Source: an uncultured Gammaproteobacteria bacterium
GTDB taxonomy: Bacteria > Pseudomonadota > Gammaproteobacteria > UBA9214
Direction of reading: 5' to 3'
Length of the DNA: 64,000 nt
NCBI GenBank assembly: GCA_963827755.1
Contig: CAWHCQ010000004.1
Coordinates: forward strand, 64,001 to 128,000
In this document: positions 11,270 through 22,999 of the stretch, piece by piece
How the letters are laid out: the number at the start of each line of letters is the position of its first letter
Numbering within the stretch: position 1 is the first letter of the stretch
Program-made: the position numbers and the translations under genes
The notes under the pieces: generated by a model
What the model saw: the letters and a program-made list of their open reading frames with translations, nothing else
The model's database searches: none
Told to the model about the DNA's origin: nothing

Positions 11270-11971
11270 TCAGCCCTTTTTCCCTGAAAAATTTACCTGC
11301 AGAGTCCCGAATTCACGTGCATAGTATTCAAGCAGCGCCTGCAAAAAGACCACAATACCAAGCATTTCGCAGAGTTCCTCGAGGGTGTAAAGGACGCTGT
11401 AGGTAATGCTGGTGGTTCCGTGGATATCCGCTTCCCGTGCACTGAACACTTCCAGGCCAACCGCACCGGACAGAAAAATGCCGCCGGCTATGATGAAGCG
11501 GATCATGGTTGGCCGTGGCAGGGCAAGAAGGAAACGGAAATAAAACAGGGCCAGAAGAATCACCAGGCCGGTGTAGGGTATAACCCAGGGAAAATACAGG
11601 TAACCACTGGCCGTGATGTACTGCTCCATCATGTCGCCGACTTCCTCATGCAGGGCCATGCCTTCATCGAGGCCCAGGAACAGGAAGATCCATGCCAGGA
11701 TTTCCCATTGAAAGCCATAGGGTTGTCGCGTCTTTCTTTTACCGGTAGCTATCAGAAAAAGAACACTCGAGCAGAGGATGATGGCAAATACTGAATAGAG
11801 GGAGGGCAGGTTGCCCTCGTAGTCAAAGTCGAGTATTTCAATAAAATTAAACTTTTTCGGGTCAGCAATAACGAAATATGCGGTTAATTGTGCAATATGC
11901 AGCGCTGCAAGTACTGCAATAATCGTAAGTAATATGGCGCTAACTCGTTTTGGAGCTATTGAAATTTCCAT
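11270..11971 (-). CDS. hypothetical multi-pass membrane protein
   Basis: 233 aa, about 7 hydrophobic segments, FDYEGNLPS, LDEGMALHE and LEELCEM motifs; AT-rich 5' end. Confidence 0.8.
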   Translation of the reverse strand: MEISIAPKRVSAILLTIIAVLAALHIAQLTAYFVIADPKKFNFIEILDFDYEGNLPSLYSVFAIILCSSVLFLIATGKRKTRQPYGFQWEILAWIFLFLGLDEGMALHEEVGDMMEQYITASGYLYFPWVIPYTGLVILLALFYFRFLLALPRPTMIRFIIAGGIFLSGAVGLEVFSAREADIHGTTSITYSVLYTLEELCEMLGIVVFLQALLEYYAREFGTLQVNFSGKKG

Positions 11972-11996
11972 AGGTGCTCTTTTTTATCGTGGTGGT

Positions 11997-13205
11997 TTAT
12001 TGTTTTGTAACCCACGTTTCACCGAGACCAAGCTTTTCCTTGATTACTGCACTTTGTGTTAGCGCAGCTTGCCTGCTTTCAAACCCGGTCACCCGGAGCC
12101 GGTAGTAGGTTTTGCCGTTGACGGTCGCAACAACCTGGTCGGTTGCAACGCCCCTGGCCAGAAACCGGCCTCTCACTTTTTCGGCAGCAGACTGTTTCGT
12201 GTACGAGGCAAGGTTGATCGACCAGTCGCCACCTTTGCCGGTTTGTGCATTCTGGCCGGCTGCCTGCAGTGGCTTCCCGGACTCGGCCGGGACAGTCAGC
12301 TGCGACAGGAGAACTGGCCTGGACGGCTCATTATTCGCAGCAGTTGCCGGCGTCGGCTCCGGCTTCATGTCTGTGGCCTGGGCGAATGCGCACCGGGCGT
12401 TGCAGCGGTGGTCATAATGGCGCGCCGTCTGCGGTTCCTGCCATTGGTTGCTTCCATGGCCGGGTTCTGCCATCCCTGCTGTTTTCAGGACGGTCGAAGC
12501 GGCAGGCATGTGGTCCGCCGTTGCAGCCGGCAGTTGTTCCGGCGTGGCGGGCAGATCGTCGCCATCGTCACTCGACACGGGCAGGGGGGTGTCGCTGTCC
12601 ATGCGGGTTGTCTGTTCAGCAGTCGGGGCAGCCGGCAGGGCACCCGCGGCTGTAGCCGGCAGTTCTTCCAGCATCGCAATCAGGGTATAGCCCTCAACGG
12701 GCGCCTCCTGGAGAGGGCTGTCGCTGTCCGGGCTTGTTGGCAGCGCCCTGGAAGGCGCGGCAGCCATGTCGATCTTCGTGGTGCTGGCGGTGCCCTGGCT
12801 GGCAGTTGTTGCCGGTAAGGATGCATCGTTGAGCGCGACGGATGTTTCCCCGCTTTCCGCCGCGCGGCTGTCTGCTGATTCAGGGGCGGCGGGTGACAGC
12901 TGCGTGCTGTTGTCGGCAAGCTGCAGCGAGGAATTCCGGCTCATGTACACCCCGGCAATACCGATGGCCAGCGTGGCAACGGCCAGTGCCGTCATGGCCG
13001 TGAGTACCCGGTCGCCAAAACTGCCTCCCGGGCGCGCCCGTTCGCTAACTTGTTCAGCCGTGCCCTGCCAGACCCGGCTGCCGACCCGGTCTTCAAAATC
13101 ATCCCAGGTCTCCCACGGTGTCAGGCCGGCCGCAAAACCGGCGGCACCCTCATCGTGCATCTTTTTCGCGAAGGCCTCGAGTTCTTCCCTGTTTTTCTTT
13201 TCCAT
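11997..13205 (-). CDS. SPOR-domain protein with one TM helix and a long low-complexity linker
   Basis: C-terminal WSINLASY...YYRLRVTGFESRQAA SPOR signature; start chosen just after the ettA stop. Confidence 0.8.
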   Translation of the reverse strand: MEKKNREELEAFAKKMHDEGAAGFAAGLTPWETWDDFEDRVGSRVWQGTAEQVSERARPGGSFGDRVLTAMTALAVATLAIGIAGVYMSRNSSLQLADNSTQLSPAAPESADSRAAESGETSVALNDASLPATTASQGTASTTKIDMAAAPSRALPTSPDSDSPLQEAPVEGYTLIAMLEELPATAAGALPAAPTAEQTTRMDSDTPLPVSSDDGDDLPATPEQLPAATADHMPAASTVLKTAGMAEPGHGSNQWQEPQTARHYDHRCNARCAFAQATDMKPEPTPATAANNEPSRPVLLSQLTVPAESGKPLQAAGQNAQTGKGGDWSINLASYTKQSAAEKVRGRFLARGVATDQVVATVNGKTYYRLRVTGFESRQAALTQSAVIKEKLGLGETWVTKQ

Positions 13206-13209
13206 GTGG

Positions 13210-14883
13210 TTATTTTTCCAGTCGTTTGTATTTGATGCGGTGCGGTTGCTCGGCGGCCGTTCCGAGGCGGCGTTTGCGGTCGGCCTCGTAGTCGGCATAG
13301 TTGCCCTCAAACCAGACCACCTGGCTGTCCCCCTCGAAGGCAAGTATATGCGTAGCTATCCGGTCAAGGAACCAGCGATCATGGGAAATCACCACGGCAC
13401 AGCCGGGGAAATCCAGCAGCGCCTCTTCCAGTGCGCGCAGCGTCTCCACGTCCAGATCGTTGGTCGGTTCGTCCAGCAGCAGGACATTACCGCCACTTTT
13501 CAGCAGCTTGGCGAGATGTACGCGGTTGCGTTCACCCCCGGACAGCGTGCCAACGTGCTTTTGCTGGTCGGTACCGTTGAAATTGAACCGGGAAACATAG
13601 GTGCGTGAATTCAGTTCATGCTTGCCGACGGTTATGATGTCCTGGCCGTCCGAGATTTCTTCCCAGACCGTCTTGCTGTCGTCGAGGCTGTCACGGCTCT
13701 GGTCCACTGAGGCGATCACCACCGTATCGCCAATGCGCAGTTCCCCGGAATCCGGCTGTTCCTTCCCGGTCAATATGCGGAACAGGGTGGTTTTTCCGGC
13801 GCCATTCGGGCCGATGACGCCAACAATGCCGCCGCGGGGTAAATTGAAGCTGAGGTCTTCAAACAGCAGGGTGTCGCCGAACCGTTTGCTGATGTTGGTG
13901 GCTTCAATAACCAGTTCACCCAGCCGGGGGCCCGGCGGTATAAACAGCTGTTTGGTCTCGTTGCGCTGTTGCGATTCCTTCGAAGAGAGTTCTTCAAAGC
14001 GTGCAAGCCGGGCCTTGCTCTTGGCATGGCGCCCCTTGGCCCCGGAACGGACCCACTCCAGTTCTGCCTTGATGGCCTTCCTTCTCGAGCTTTCCTGCTT
14101 TTCCTCGGTCTCGAGACGCTGGTTTTTCTGTTCCAGCCAGGAGGAATAATTTCCTTCCCAGGGAATGCCGTGGCCGCGATCAAGCTCGAGTATCCAGCCG
14201 GCCGCGTTGTCGAGAAAGTAGCGGTCGTGGGTAACCGCTACCACGGTACCGGGGTATTCAACCAGGAAGCGTTCAAGCCAGGCAACACTTTCCGCGTCGA
14301 GATGATTGGTCGGTTCGTCGAGGAGCAGCATATCCGGGTTGGACAGCAACAGTTTGCACAGGGCAACCCGCCTGCGTTCACCCCCCGAGAGTTTCGTAAC
14401 GTCCGCATCCCAGGGTGGCAGGCGCAAGGCGTCGGCTGCGATTTCCAGCTTGCGGTCCAGTTCCCAGCCACCGGCGGCGTCGATGGCATCCTGCAATTTG
14501 CCCTGCTCTTCCAGCAGGGCGGTCATCTCGTCGTCTTCCATGGGTTCGGCAAACTTCATGCTGATTTCGTTGAAGCGATCGAGCAGGGTTTTTACCTCAC
14601 CAAGCCCGTCTTCAACATTGCCGCGTACATCCTTGCCGGGATCCAGCGCCGGTTCCTGGGGAAGGAAACCCACCTTGATGCCGGCCTGCGGCCTTGCTTC
14701 ACCCTCGTATTCGGTGTCTTCGCCGGCCATGATGCGCAGCAGGCTGGATTTGCCCGAACCGTTCAGGCCCAGTACGCCGATCTTGGCACCCGGAAAAAAA
14801 GACAGCGAGATGTCTTCCAGGATTTTGCGCTTGGGTGGAACGACCTTGCCCACCTGGTTCATGGTGTAGACGTACTGCGCCAT
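13210..14883 (-). CDS. ettA: energy-dependent translational throttle ABC-F protein EttA
   Basis: MAQYVYTM start, two ABC cassettes ([21 protein letters not shown]), C-terminal PHRIKYK. Confidence 0.97.
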   Translation of the reverse strand: MAQYVYTMNQVGKVVPPKRKILEDISLSFFPGAKIGVLGLNGSGKSSLLRIMAGEDTEYEGEARPQAGIKVGFLPQEPALDPGKDVRGNVEDGLGEVKTLLDRFNEISMKFAEPMEDDEMTALLEEQGKLQDAIDAAGGWELDRKLEIAADALRLPPWDADVTKLSGGERRRVALCKLLLSNPDMLLLDEPTNHLDAESVAWLERFLVEYPGTVVAVTHDRYFLDNAAGWILELDRGHGIPWEGNYSSWLEQKNQRLETEEKQESSRRKAIKAELEWVRSGAKGRHAKSKARLARFEELSSKESQQRNETKQLFIPPGPRLGELVIEATNISKRFGDTLLFEDLSFNLPRGGIVGVIGPNGAGKTTLFRILTGKEQPDSGELRIGDTVVIASVDQSRDSLDDSKTVWEEISDGQDIITVGKHELNSRTYVSRFNFNGTDQQKHVGTLSGGERNRVHLAKLLKSGGNVLLLDEPTNDLDVETLRALEEALLDFPGCAVVISHDRWFLDRIATHILAFEGDSQVVWFEGNYADYEADRKRRLGTAAEQPHRIKYKRLEK

Positions 14884-15009
14884 CGACATGTTTCCTTCAG
14901 GGCCGGAGACAGATGCGGCTTATTATAGACAGCGTGGTGCTGGTGGCAAACTGCTTTGTAGTGTACAGGCACTCATTGTATTGTTGTTGTCGAAGATGAG
15001 GCTGAAGGC

Positions 15010-15963
15010 ATGAGGATAAAAAATTCTGCCTGCGTGTATGTCGGGGACGATCTGGCCCGTTACGGTTTTGGCCAGGGGCATCCCTTTGGTCCGGACCGCC
15101 TCGATGCCTTCTGGAAACATGCGCAGGCCATCGGGCTCGACAAGCGGGTCACGCTGTGCACACCGGTGACGACGCAGCGCGAGACGATCGAGCGTTTTCA
15201 TACGCATGAATATGTTGACCGGGTTATCCGCCAGTCTTCAAGCGGGGAGGGCTTTCTGGACTGCGGGGATACGCCGGCCTGTCCGGGTATTTACGAGGCG
15301 GCCTGTTTTGTCGTCGGCAGCGTACTGGATGCCATCGAGCGCCTGGTCACGGGTGAGTTCCGCCATGCCTTTGTTCCCATCGCCGGTCTGCATCACGCCC
15401 GGCGTGACAGTGCAGCCGGGTTTTGCGTGTTTAATGATTGCGGGGTTGCGATTGAAACCCTGCGTTCGGTGCATGACCTGCAGCGAATTGCCTATGTCGA
15501 TATCGATGCGCACCATGGTGATGGGGTGTTCTACAGTTTCGAGGATGACCCGCAACTGATTTTTGCAGACCTGCATGAGGATGGGCGGTTTCTTTATCCC
15601 GGTACCGGCAGGGAGAATGAGTGTGGCAAGGGTACGGCTGCAGGTACCAAGCTCAACATTCCCATGCCGCCCGATGCGGATGATGAACTATTTTTTCAGG
15701 CCTGGGAAAAGGCGGAGGCGTTTGTCGACCGGCAGCGGCCCGAGTTCATCCTGTTCCAGTGCGGGGCGGACAGCATCGCCGGTGACCCGATTACGCACCT
15801 GCGCTATTCCCCGGCTGCCCACCGGCATGCAGCGCAACGTCTGTGCCGGCTTGCAGACAGGCACTGTGACGGCCGCGTGCTGGCGATGGGCGGGGGTGGC
15901 TATAACCGCGCTAACCTGGCAATGGCCTGGACGGCCGTACTTGAGGTCCTCGTTGAGGCCTGA
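15010..15963 (+). CDS. Zn-dependent deacetylase, HDAC/AcuC family
   Basis: GLHHA, GFCVFND, DIDAHHGDG, GADSIAGDP and GGGGY motifs. Confidence 0.93.
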   Translation: MRIKNSACVYVGDDLARYGFGQGHPFGPDRLDAFWKHAQAIGLDKRVTLCTPVTTQRETIERFHTHEYVDRVIRQSSSGEGFLDCGDTPACPGIYEAACFVVGSVLDAIERLVTGEFRHAFVPIAGLHHARRDSAAGFCVFNDCGVAIETLRSVHDLQRIAYVDIDAHHGDGVFYSFEDDPQLIFADLHEDGRFLYPGTGRENECGKGTAAGTKLNIPMPPDADDELFFQAWEKAEAFVDRQRPEFILFQCGADSIAGDPITHLRYSPAAHRHAAQRLCRLADRHCDGRVLAMGGGGYNRANLAMAWTAVLEVLVEA

Positions 15964-16086
15964 GAGGTCGGCCGGGTGTATAAATGTGCCTTGATTGGTT
16001 CGCAAGCCCCTGTCGAATAGTCTATTATCTTGGGCTTCCGGAGATGCCGGATAACCCTACCCACATGAAGGAAGTTACCTAATTAT

Positions 16087-17346
16087 ATGTTTGCTAAAGA
16101 TATGCAGATCGCAGGTTATGACGATGAGCTCTGGCAGGCCTTCCAGGGCGAGCGTCAACGCCAGGAAGATCACATTGAACTGATCGCCTCTGAAAACTAT
16201 GCCAGTCCGCGGGTGCTGCAGGCGCAGGGGTCGGTGCTGACGAATAAATATGCCGAGGGTTATCCGGGCAAGCGCTATTACGGCGGTTGCGAATATGTGG
16301 ATGTTGCCGAGCAGCTTGCCATTGATCGTGCCAGGGCGCTGTTCAAGGCGGACTATGCCAATGTGCAGCCACATTCCGGTTCGCAGGCCAACCAGGCCGT
16401 CTATTTTGCCCTGTTGCAGCCGGGCGACACCATTCTCGGTATGAGCCTGGATGCAGGCGGGCACCTGACGCATGGATCGAAGGTCAACTTCTCGGGCAAG
16501 CTGTTCAATGCCGTGCAGTATGGCCTGAACAACGAGACCGGTGAAATCGACTACGACGAGGTCGCCGCACTGGCGAAAGAACACCGGCCGAAAATGGTGA
16601 TTGCCGGATTTTCCGCCTACTCGTTGCAGGTTGACTGGCAGCGCTTTCGCGAGATTGCCGACAGTGTCGGGGCGTACCTGCTGGTGGACATGGCACATGT
16701 GGCGGGCCTGATTGCCGCGGAAATCTATCCAAGCCCGGTCAATATCGCGGACGTGACCACGACGACGACGCATAAAACCCTGCGCGGTCCGCGCGGTGGC
16801 CTGATCCTGGCGCGGTCCAATGAAGCGATTGAGAAAAAACTCAACTCGATGATTTTTCCCGGCATCCAGGGCGGCCCGTTGATGCACGTGATTGCGGCCA
16901 AGGCCGTGGCGCTGAAGGAGGCGATGGAGCCGGCCTTTCGGGAATACCAGCAGCAGGTTCTGCAAAATGCCCGTGCCATGGCCGAGGTCATGATGTCTCG
17001 CGGTTACAAGGTGATCTCCGGGAGAACGGATGATCACCTGTTCCTGGTCGACCTGATCGACAAGGGCTTGACCGGGAAACAGGCCGATGCCGCCCTCGGT
17101 GCCGCGCACATCACGGTGAACAAGAATGCCGTGCCGAATGATCCGCAGTCGCCTTTCGTCACCAGCGGTATCCGCGTCGGCACGCCTGCGATTACCACGC
17201 GCGGTTTTAACGAGAGCGACGCGCGCGAACTGGCCGGCTGGATGTGCGACGTTATGGATGACATCGAGAACCAGGATGTCATAGCGGCTGTGCGCGGCAA
17301 GGTGATCGAGGTGTGCAAGCGCCTCCCCGTGTACGGCAAGGCCTGA
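16087..17346 (+). CDS. glyA: serine hydroxymethyltransferase
   Basis: [24 protein letters not shown] and [14 protein letters not shown]. Confidence 0.99.
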   Translation: MFAKDMQIAGYDDELWQAFQGERQRQEDHIELIASENYASPRVLQAQGSVLTNKYAEGYPGKRYYGGCEYVDVAEQLAIDRARALFKADYANVQPHSGSQANQAVYFALLQPGDTILGMSLDAGGHLTHGSKVNFSGKLFNAVQYGLNNETGEIDYDEVAALAKEHRPKMVIAGFSAYSLQVDWQRFREIADSVGAYLLVDMAHVAGLIAAEIYPSPVNIADVTTTTTHKTLRGPRGGLILARSNEAIEKKLNSMIFPGIQGGPLMHVIAAKAVALKEAMEPAFREYQQQVLQNARAMAEVMMSRGYKVISGRTDDHLFLVDLIDKGLTGKQADAALGAAHITVNKNAVPNDPQSPFVTSGIRVGTPAITTRGFNESDARELAGWMCDVMDDIENQDVIAAVRGKVIEVCKRLPVYGKA

Positions 17347-17360
17347 CAGGGTATTCGACG

Positions 17361-17876
17361 ATGCATTGTCCTTTTTGCGGTAAGCAGGATACCAAGGTTA
17401 TCGACTCGCGACTTGCCAGCGAGGGTGCGCAGGTGAGGCGTCGACGTGAATGTCTTGACTGCAATGAGCGCTTTACGACCTTTGAATCAGCCGAGCTGGT
17501 GTTGCCGCGTATTATCAAAGGCAATAACGCGCGCGAGGCCTTTGATGAAAAGAAGCTGACAGCCGGGATGATGCGTGCGCTGGAAAAGCGCCCGGTCAAG
17601 TCGGAGAATGTGGATGCCGCGATCAATCGCCTGCAGCATCGCCTGCGTGCCAGTGGTGAGCGCGAGATCCCGGCACGCCTGCTGGGTGAGTGGGTGATGA
17701 ATGAATTGCGCGAGCTGGACAAGGTCGCTTATGTAAGGTTTGCATCGGTGTACCGCAGTTTCGAGGATGTCAATGCCTTCCGCGAGGAAATAGAACGACT
17801 CGAAAGCCAGCCCACGCAGGAAGACAGGAAGGACCAGATTTCGTTGCTGCCGGATGAACAGGATACGCGTAACTAG
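17361..17876 (+). CDS. nrdR: transcriptional repressor NrdR
   Basis: MHCPFC...VIDSR...[16 protein letters not shown] zinc ribbon plus ATP cone. Confidence 0.97.
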   Translation: MHCPFCGKQDTKVIDSRLASEGAQVRRRRECLDCNERFTTFESAELVLPRIIKGNNAREAFDEKKLTAGMMRALEKRPVKSENVDAAINRLQHRLRASGEREIPARLLGEWVMNELRELDKVAYVRFASVYRSFEDVNAFREEIERLESQPTQEDRKDQISLLPDEQDTRN

Positions 17877-17944
17877 TTTTTCTCAATCACGCCTGCCCGC
17901 AGTCAGGGCGGCTTTCCTGGACTCATCGCTCGAGGTTCCTGTCC

Positions 17945-19053
17945 GTGTTTTCTGCAGATGATCACCATTACATGGCGCGCGCCCTGCGCCTGGCTGAGCG
18001 CGGGCTGTTTACGACAGATCCCGAACCCGCGCGTTGGCTGTGTGCTGGTGCGTGCCGGTGAGGTGGTCGGCGAAGGCTGGCATGAGCGCGCCGGTGAGGC
18101 ACATGCCGAGATCAATGCCTTGCAGGCGGCCGGTGACAGGGCTGCCGGGGCTACCGCCTATGTCACCCTGGAGCCCTGCTGCCACCATGGGCGCACACCG
18201 CCCTGTACGGACGCCCTGATCGGGGCGGGCGTGGCGCGTGTCGTGGTGGCGATGGAAGACCCGAATCCGCGAGTGGCCGGCATGGGCTTGCAGGCATTGC
18301 AGCAGGCCGGCATCGAGACGGCGACCGGTGTGCTGGCGGCGGAGGCCGCCAGGCTGAACCCCGGTTTTGTGATGCGCATGCAGCAGGGGCGGCCCTGGGT
18401 GCGCTGCAAGCTGGCGATGAGCCTCGATGGCCGTACCGCCATGGCAAATGGCGAGAGCAAATGGATCAGCGGTGAACAGGCGCGCCTGGATGTACATAAA
18501 TTACGGGCGCGCAGTACGGCGATCATGACAGGTATTGATACCGTGCTGGCTGATGATCCGTCACTCACCGTGCGCCTGGATGAAGCAGCGGCTGTATACA
18601 GGAACCCGCTGCGGGTTGTGCTGGATTCCAGATTGCGTATGCCGGCGGCTGCGAAACTGCTCGGATTGCCGGGCGAGACGCTGATCATTACCGGTGTTGC
18701 AGACGCGCAGAAAAAGTCCCGGCTGGAACGGGACGGCGTTTCCGTGCAAGACACTGCCGCTGGAGCAGGGGCGCCTGCAGCTGGCTGCTGTGCTGCACTA
18801 TCTCGGCGGGATGCAGATTAACGAAGTGCACCTGGAAGCCGGGGCGACCCTGTGCGGCGCGTTACTGCAGGCGGGGCTGGTCGATGAACTGGTTGTCTAC
18901 ATGGCGCCGCAGTTGATGGGCGATGCCGCCCGCGGCCTGTTTGTGCTGCCGGGACTGGAGCATATGCAGCAGCGCATCCGGCTGTCGATCAGCGATATCC
19001 GCGCGATTGGTGATGACTGGCGGATCAGTGCAACGGTTGCGGCGAATGCCTGA
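17945..19053 (+). CDS. ribD: riboflavin deaminase/reductase RibD, two apparent +1 frameshifts (~18020, ~18749)
   Basis: YMARALRLA, PNPRVGC, HAE, TLEPCCH, SLDG and EAGATL motifs spread over three frames. Confidence 0.92.
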
Positions 19054-19146
19054 TCCGGCATACAGCGCAGATGACGAATCACTCGTCAGAATACAAGAGA
19101 ATTCCTTCTCCCTCCGGGAGAAAGGGTTAACCGGGTAGTAATGAAG

Positions 19147-19818
19147 ATGTTCACAGGAATCATACAGGCTGTCGGCAGTATCACCGTTCTGGAAAACCGG
19201 GGCGGTGATATGCGTATTGGTATCCATACCGGCAGTTTGCCGATGGATGATGTGTGCATCGGCGACAGCATTGCCGTGAGTGGTGTCTGCCTGACGGTAG
19301 TGGAAAAGGGCGCCAACGGTTTTGCTGCGGACGTTTCGGGTGAAACGCTGCAGCGCACCATGCTCGGCAGCCTCGCTGTGCAGGATGCCGTGAACCTGGA
19401 AAAGGCACTGACGCTGCAGACGCGTCTCGGTGGTCACCTGGTGAGTGGTCATGTGGACGGGATCGGGGTGGTCACTGCCCGGCGCGAAGACAGCCGTTCG
19501 GTGCAGTTCACCATCAAGGCACCCGATGAGCTGGCGCGTTATATCGCCACCAAGGGGTCGATCTGCGTCGACGGGGTCAGCCTGACAGTGAATGCCGTGG
19601 ATGGCGGCAAATTTGAACTGAATATCGTGCCGCATACACTGGATGCCACCACGATGAAGGCCTACCGTTCCGGCCGCAAGGTCAACCTCGAAGTCGACCT
19701 GGTCGCGCGTTATCTGGAGCGCCTGCTGCTTGGTGATGCGGCGGCACAACCCGGCCCGGGAGAGGCAATAACCCGCGAACGGCTGGAATCATACGGATTT
19801 CCTGCCAGGCGCAAGTAA
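19147..19818 (+). CDS. ribE: riboflavin synthase (alpha chain)
   Basis: MFTGII start, GDSIAVSGVCLT and GGHLVSGHVDG. Confidence 0.97.
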   Translation: MFTGIIQAVGSITVLENRGGDMRIGIHTGSLPMDDVCIGDSIAVSGVCLTVVEKGANGFAADVSGETLQRTMLGSLAVQDAVNLEKALTLQTRLGGHLVSGHVDGIGVVTARREDSRSVQFTIKAPDELARYIATKGSICVDGVSLTVNAVDGGKFELNIVPHTLDATTMKAYRSGRKVNLEVDLVARYLERLLLGDAAAQPGPGEAITRERLESYGFPARRK

Positions 19819-19911
19819 TACGTGCCGGATGAACTTCTTTCCGTGAAGCCGCTTGCGCAATCGTGGATAATGCGGGAACGAAAACAAACCCTGCAGGAAT
19901 AGTTGCTTGTT

Positions 19912-21021
19912 ATGGTGTTGAATACGATTGAAGAAATCATCGAGGATATCCGTGCGGGCCGCATGGTTATTCTCATGGATGATGAAGACCGCGAGAACGA
20001 GGGCGACCTGGTGATGGCGGCCGGGCACGTGCGTCCTGAAGATATCAATTTTATGGCAAGCCATGGTCGCGGCCTGATCTGCATGACCCTGACACGCGAG
20101 CGCTGCGAGCAACTGGCGCTGCCGTTAATGGTGCAATCCGGCGACTCCCTGCATTCAACCAATTTCACCGTGTCGATCGAGGCCGCAGAGGGGGTGACAA
20201 CCGGGATCTCGGCGCAGGACCGGGCGCAGACAATTCTGGCTGCGGCGGCAAAGAATGCGCGGCCGCAGGATATTGTCCAGCCCGGCCATATATTCCCCCT
20301 GATGGCGAAACCCGGCGGCGTGCTCACCCGGGCCGGGCATACCGAGGCAGGTTGTGACCTGGCACGCCTTGCCGGGCTCGAGCCGGCTGCCGTCATTGTC
20401 GAGATCCTGAAGGAGGATGGCAGTATGGCGCGGCGCCCGGATCTCGAGATCTACGCGCGTGAGCATGGCCTGAAAATCGGCACCATCGAGGACCTGATAC
20501 GCTACCGTATCGAGAACGAGAAGACGGTGGAACGCGTCGCCGAGAATGACGTGGCCACGGAGCATGGGACGTTCAGGGTCTATGCCTACCGCGATGCCTT
20601 TGGTGACGCGGTGCACCTGGCCATGGTCATGGGCGAGATCAGTCCGAATGAGCCGACACTGGTGCGTGTCCATATGCAGGATATGCTCAGCGACCTGGTG
20701 GATGCCAGGACCGAGGGCCATCACTTGCCGTTACGCAGGGCGCTGCAAAAGGTTGCGCAGGAAGGCAAGGGCGTCGTGGTGATCCTGCGCCAGCAGGAAT
20801 CGGCCAATACGCTGGTCAACCTGGTGAGGACGTATCATATGCCGGAGGTAACGCAAGCGCCGGCAGAGGCCGGGGTGGACGAGTTGCGTACCTACGGCAT
20901 CGGTGCGCAGATTATTGCAGATGTCGGCGTGCAAAAGATGCGCGTGATGAGCGCGCCCAAGATTGTTCATGGCATCGCCGGGTTTGGCCTGGAAGTCGTC
21001 GGCTATGAAGCGTGCGACTGA
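19912..21021 (+). CDS. ribB: DHBP synthase fused to a degenerate GTP cyclohydrolase II domain (RibBX type)
   Basis: DDEDRENEGD and RAGHTEA DHBP synthase motifs; the C-domain has RVHMQDMLSD instead of RVHSECLTGD and lacks the Zn cysteines. Confidence 0.92.
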   Translation: MVLNTIEEIIEDIRAGRMVILMDDEDRENEGDLVMAAGHVRPEDINFMASHGRGLICMTLTRERCEQLALPLMVQSGDSLHSTNFTVSIEAAEGVTTGISAQDRAQTILAAAAKNARPQDIVQPGHIFPLMAKPGGVLTRAGHTEAGCDLARLAGLEPAAVIVEILKEDGSMARRPDLEIYAREHGLKIGTIEDLIRYRIENEKTVERVAENDVATEHGTFRVYAYRDAFGDAVHLAMVMGEISPNEPTLVRVHMQDMLSDLVDARTEGHHLPLRRALQKVAQEGKGVVVILRQQESANTLVNLVRTYHMPEVTQAPAEAGVDELRTYGIGAQIIADVGVQKMRVMSAPKIVHGIAGFGLEVVGYEACD

Positions 21022-21065
21022 TTCGGCCGGCAAAGATTATTTAAAAAATATTTCGGGAAATAATT

Positions 21066-21542
21066 ATGAGTGACATTACGGTAAATGAAGGTGACCTGGT
21101 TGTACGCAGCGCCAGGATAGCGTTGCTGGTTTCACGGTTTAACAGTTTTGTGGTGGAGAGTCTGCTCGAAGGAGCCATCGATGCCCTGAAGCGGCACGGT
21201 GCAGACGAGCGCGACTTGCAGATTGTCCGTGTTCCGGGTGCCTACGAGATGCCGATTGCCGCTCAGCGGCTGGCGGCCGGCAAGCGCTTCGATGCCATTA
21301 TTGCACTGGGTGCTGTCATTCGAGGCGGTACACCGCACTTTGAATACGTCGCCGGTGAATGCACCAAGGGACTTTCATCGGTTTCACTGAAGTACGACAT
21401 CCCCATCGCCTTCGGCGTGTTGACCGTCGACACCATCGAGCAGGCGATCGAACGGGCCGGCACCAAGGCCGGAAACAAGGGTGCCGAGGCCGCCATGTCG
21501 GCCATTGAAATGATCAACCTGCTGCGTGGCCTGGAAGGCTGA
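21066..21542 (+). CDS. ribH: lumazine synthase
   Basis: [26 protein letters not shown] and GNKG. Confidence 0.98.
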   Translation: MSDITVNEGDLVVRSARIALLVSRFNSFVVESLLEGAIDALKRHGADERDLQIVRVPGAYEMPIAAQRLAAGKRFDAIIALGAVIRGGTPHFEYVAGECTKGLSSVSLKYDIPIAFGVLTVDTIEQAIERAGTKAGNKGAEAAMSAIEMINLLRGLEG

Positions 21543-21561
21543 TCAGCATGTCTTTCATGTC

Positions 21562-22017
21562 ATGAAGTTCTCTGCACATGAGCGTAGCCGCGCACGCCGT
21601 TATGCCATGCAGGCCCTCTACCAGTGGGACCTGTCGGGCACCGATCTGCCCGAGATCCGCAAGCAGTTTCTGGAGGCCGAGGACTTCACCCGCGCCGACC
21701 GGAGCTACTTCAATGGCTTGTTGAGAGATATACCGAAACATATTGTAAAGATTGATAAAAATATCTCTGAAAATATCGATCGTCCGATCGAGCAGCTGGA
21801 CCCGGTGGAGCGCGCCATCCTGCGTATCGCGGTCTGCGAGTTATTGCTCCGCGCCGAGATTCCCTACCGGGTGAGCATCAATGAGGCGGTCAACCTGGCG
21901 AAGAAATTCGGCGCCGAGCAGGGGCACACCTTCGTGAACGGGGTGCTTGACCAGGCGGCGCATACGATTCGCCCGGCTGAATGCGCCGGCTCGCATGAGA
22001 ATGCCGCCGGTCGCTGA
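21562..22017 (+). CDS. nusB: transcription antitermination factor NusB
   Basis: RSRARRYAMQALYQW, INEAVNLAKKFG and FVNGVLD. Confidence 0.96.
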   Translation: MKFSAHERSRARRYAMQALYQWDLSGTDLPEIRKQFLEAEDFTRADRSYFNGLLRDIPKHIVKIDKNISENIDRPIEQLDPVERAILRIAVCELLLRAEIPYRVSINEAVNLAKKFGAEQGHTFVNGVLDQAAHTIRPAECAGSHENAAGR

Positions 22018-22024
22018 ATCGGCC

Positions 22025-22992
22025 ATGTCCGAATCCGAGTTCGAAATCATCCGCCGTTATTTCATGCGGCAATCATTAAAACGCGACGATGTGCTTACCG
22101 CTATCGGCGATGATGCAGCCGTGTTGCGGGTGCCGGCCGGACAGGAGCTGGTTGTCTGTATGGATACGCTGGTTGCCGGGGTGCACTTTCCCTGCGAAAC
22201 AGCAGCTGCTGCCATTGGTCATAAATCACTGGCGGTCAATCTCAGTGACCTCGCGGCCATGGGGGCAACCCCCGCCTGGGCCACCTTGTCACTGACGATG
22301 CCCGAAAATGATTCCACCTGGATCGATGAATTCAGCCGCGCATTCCTGGCGCTTGCCGATCGTTACAGCGTGCAGCTGGTGGGCGGTGATACAACGCGCG
22401 GACCGCTCTCGGTGACGGTGCAGGCGCACGGTCTTGTTTCACGAGGCGATGCATTGATGCGCAATGGCGCAGCGCCGGGTGACAGGATTTATGTAACGGG
22501 GACTTTGGGTGATGCAGGACTGGCCTTGCAGTTGCAGGGAGATGCCCCGGCTGATTTGCAGAAGAAACTGGATTACCCGGAACCGCGTATTGAGGCAGGG
22601 CAGCTGCTTGCCGGGCTTGCCAGTGCAGCGATTGATATTTCCGACGGCCTGCTGGCCGACCTGGGTCACTTGCTGGAAGGCGGCTGATGCGGGTGCGTCC
22701 CTGCAGGTCGATAGCCTGCCGCGCTCGAATGAATTTATTTCAAGCCTGCAGCAAGTCGGTGTCACAACAGCCGTCCCGCTATTATGAATTACCCCTGTCA
22801 GCCGGGGATGACTACGAACTGTGTTTTACCGTCCCGGAGCGGCACTGCGCCAGGGTCGAACAGCAATTATCGGCACTGCCTTGCGGCTGTACGCAAATCG
22901 GCATCATCGAGGAACAGGCAGGAATCCGCTGTTATCTGGAGGACGGCACGCGCTACCAGCCTGTTGCCGCGGGATACCGGCACTTTGAATGA
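22025..22992 (+). CDS. thiL: thiamine-phosphate kinase, two apparent frameshifts (~22680, ~22760)
   Basis: EFEII, GDDAA, NLSDLAAMG, GGDT, DISDG, then GDDYELCFT in a later frame. Confidence 0.92.
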
Positions 22993-22999
22993 GACCGAG

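Noticed and set aside
15964-16086. Riboswitch upstream of glyA (and FMN riboswitch before the rib genes)
   Set aside because: No recognisable ZTP, glycine or RFN conserved motifs; the leaders are short
19103-19126. CCTTCTCCC-TCC-GGGAGAAAGG hairpin between ribD and ribE
   Set aside because: Single copy of a common intergenic hairpin type with no further structure in the window
22680-22690. In-frame TGA in thiL as selenocysteine
   Set aside because: The downstream homology continues in another frame, so it is an indel rather than read-through
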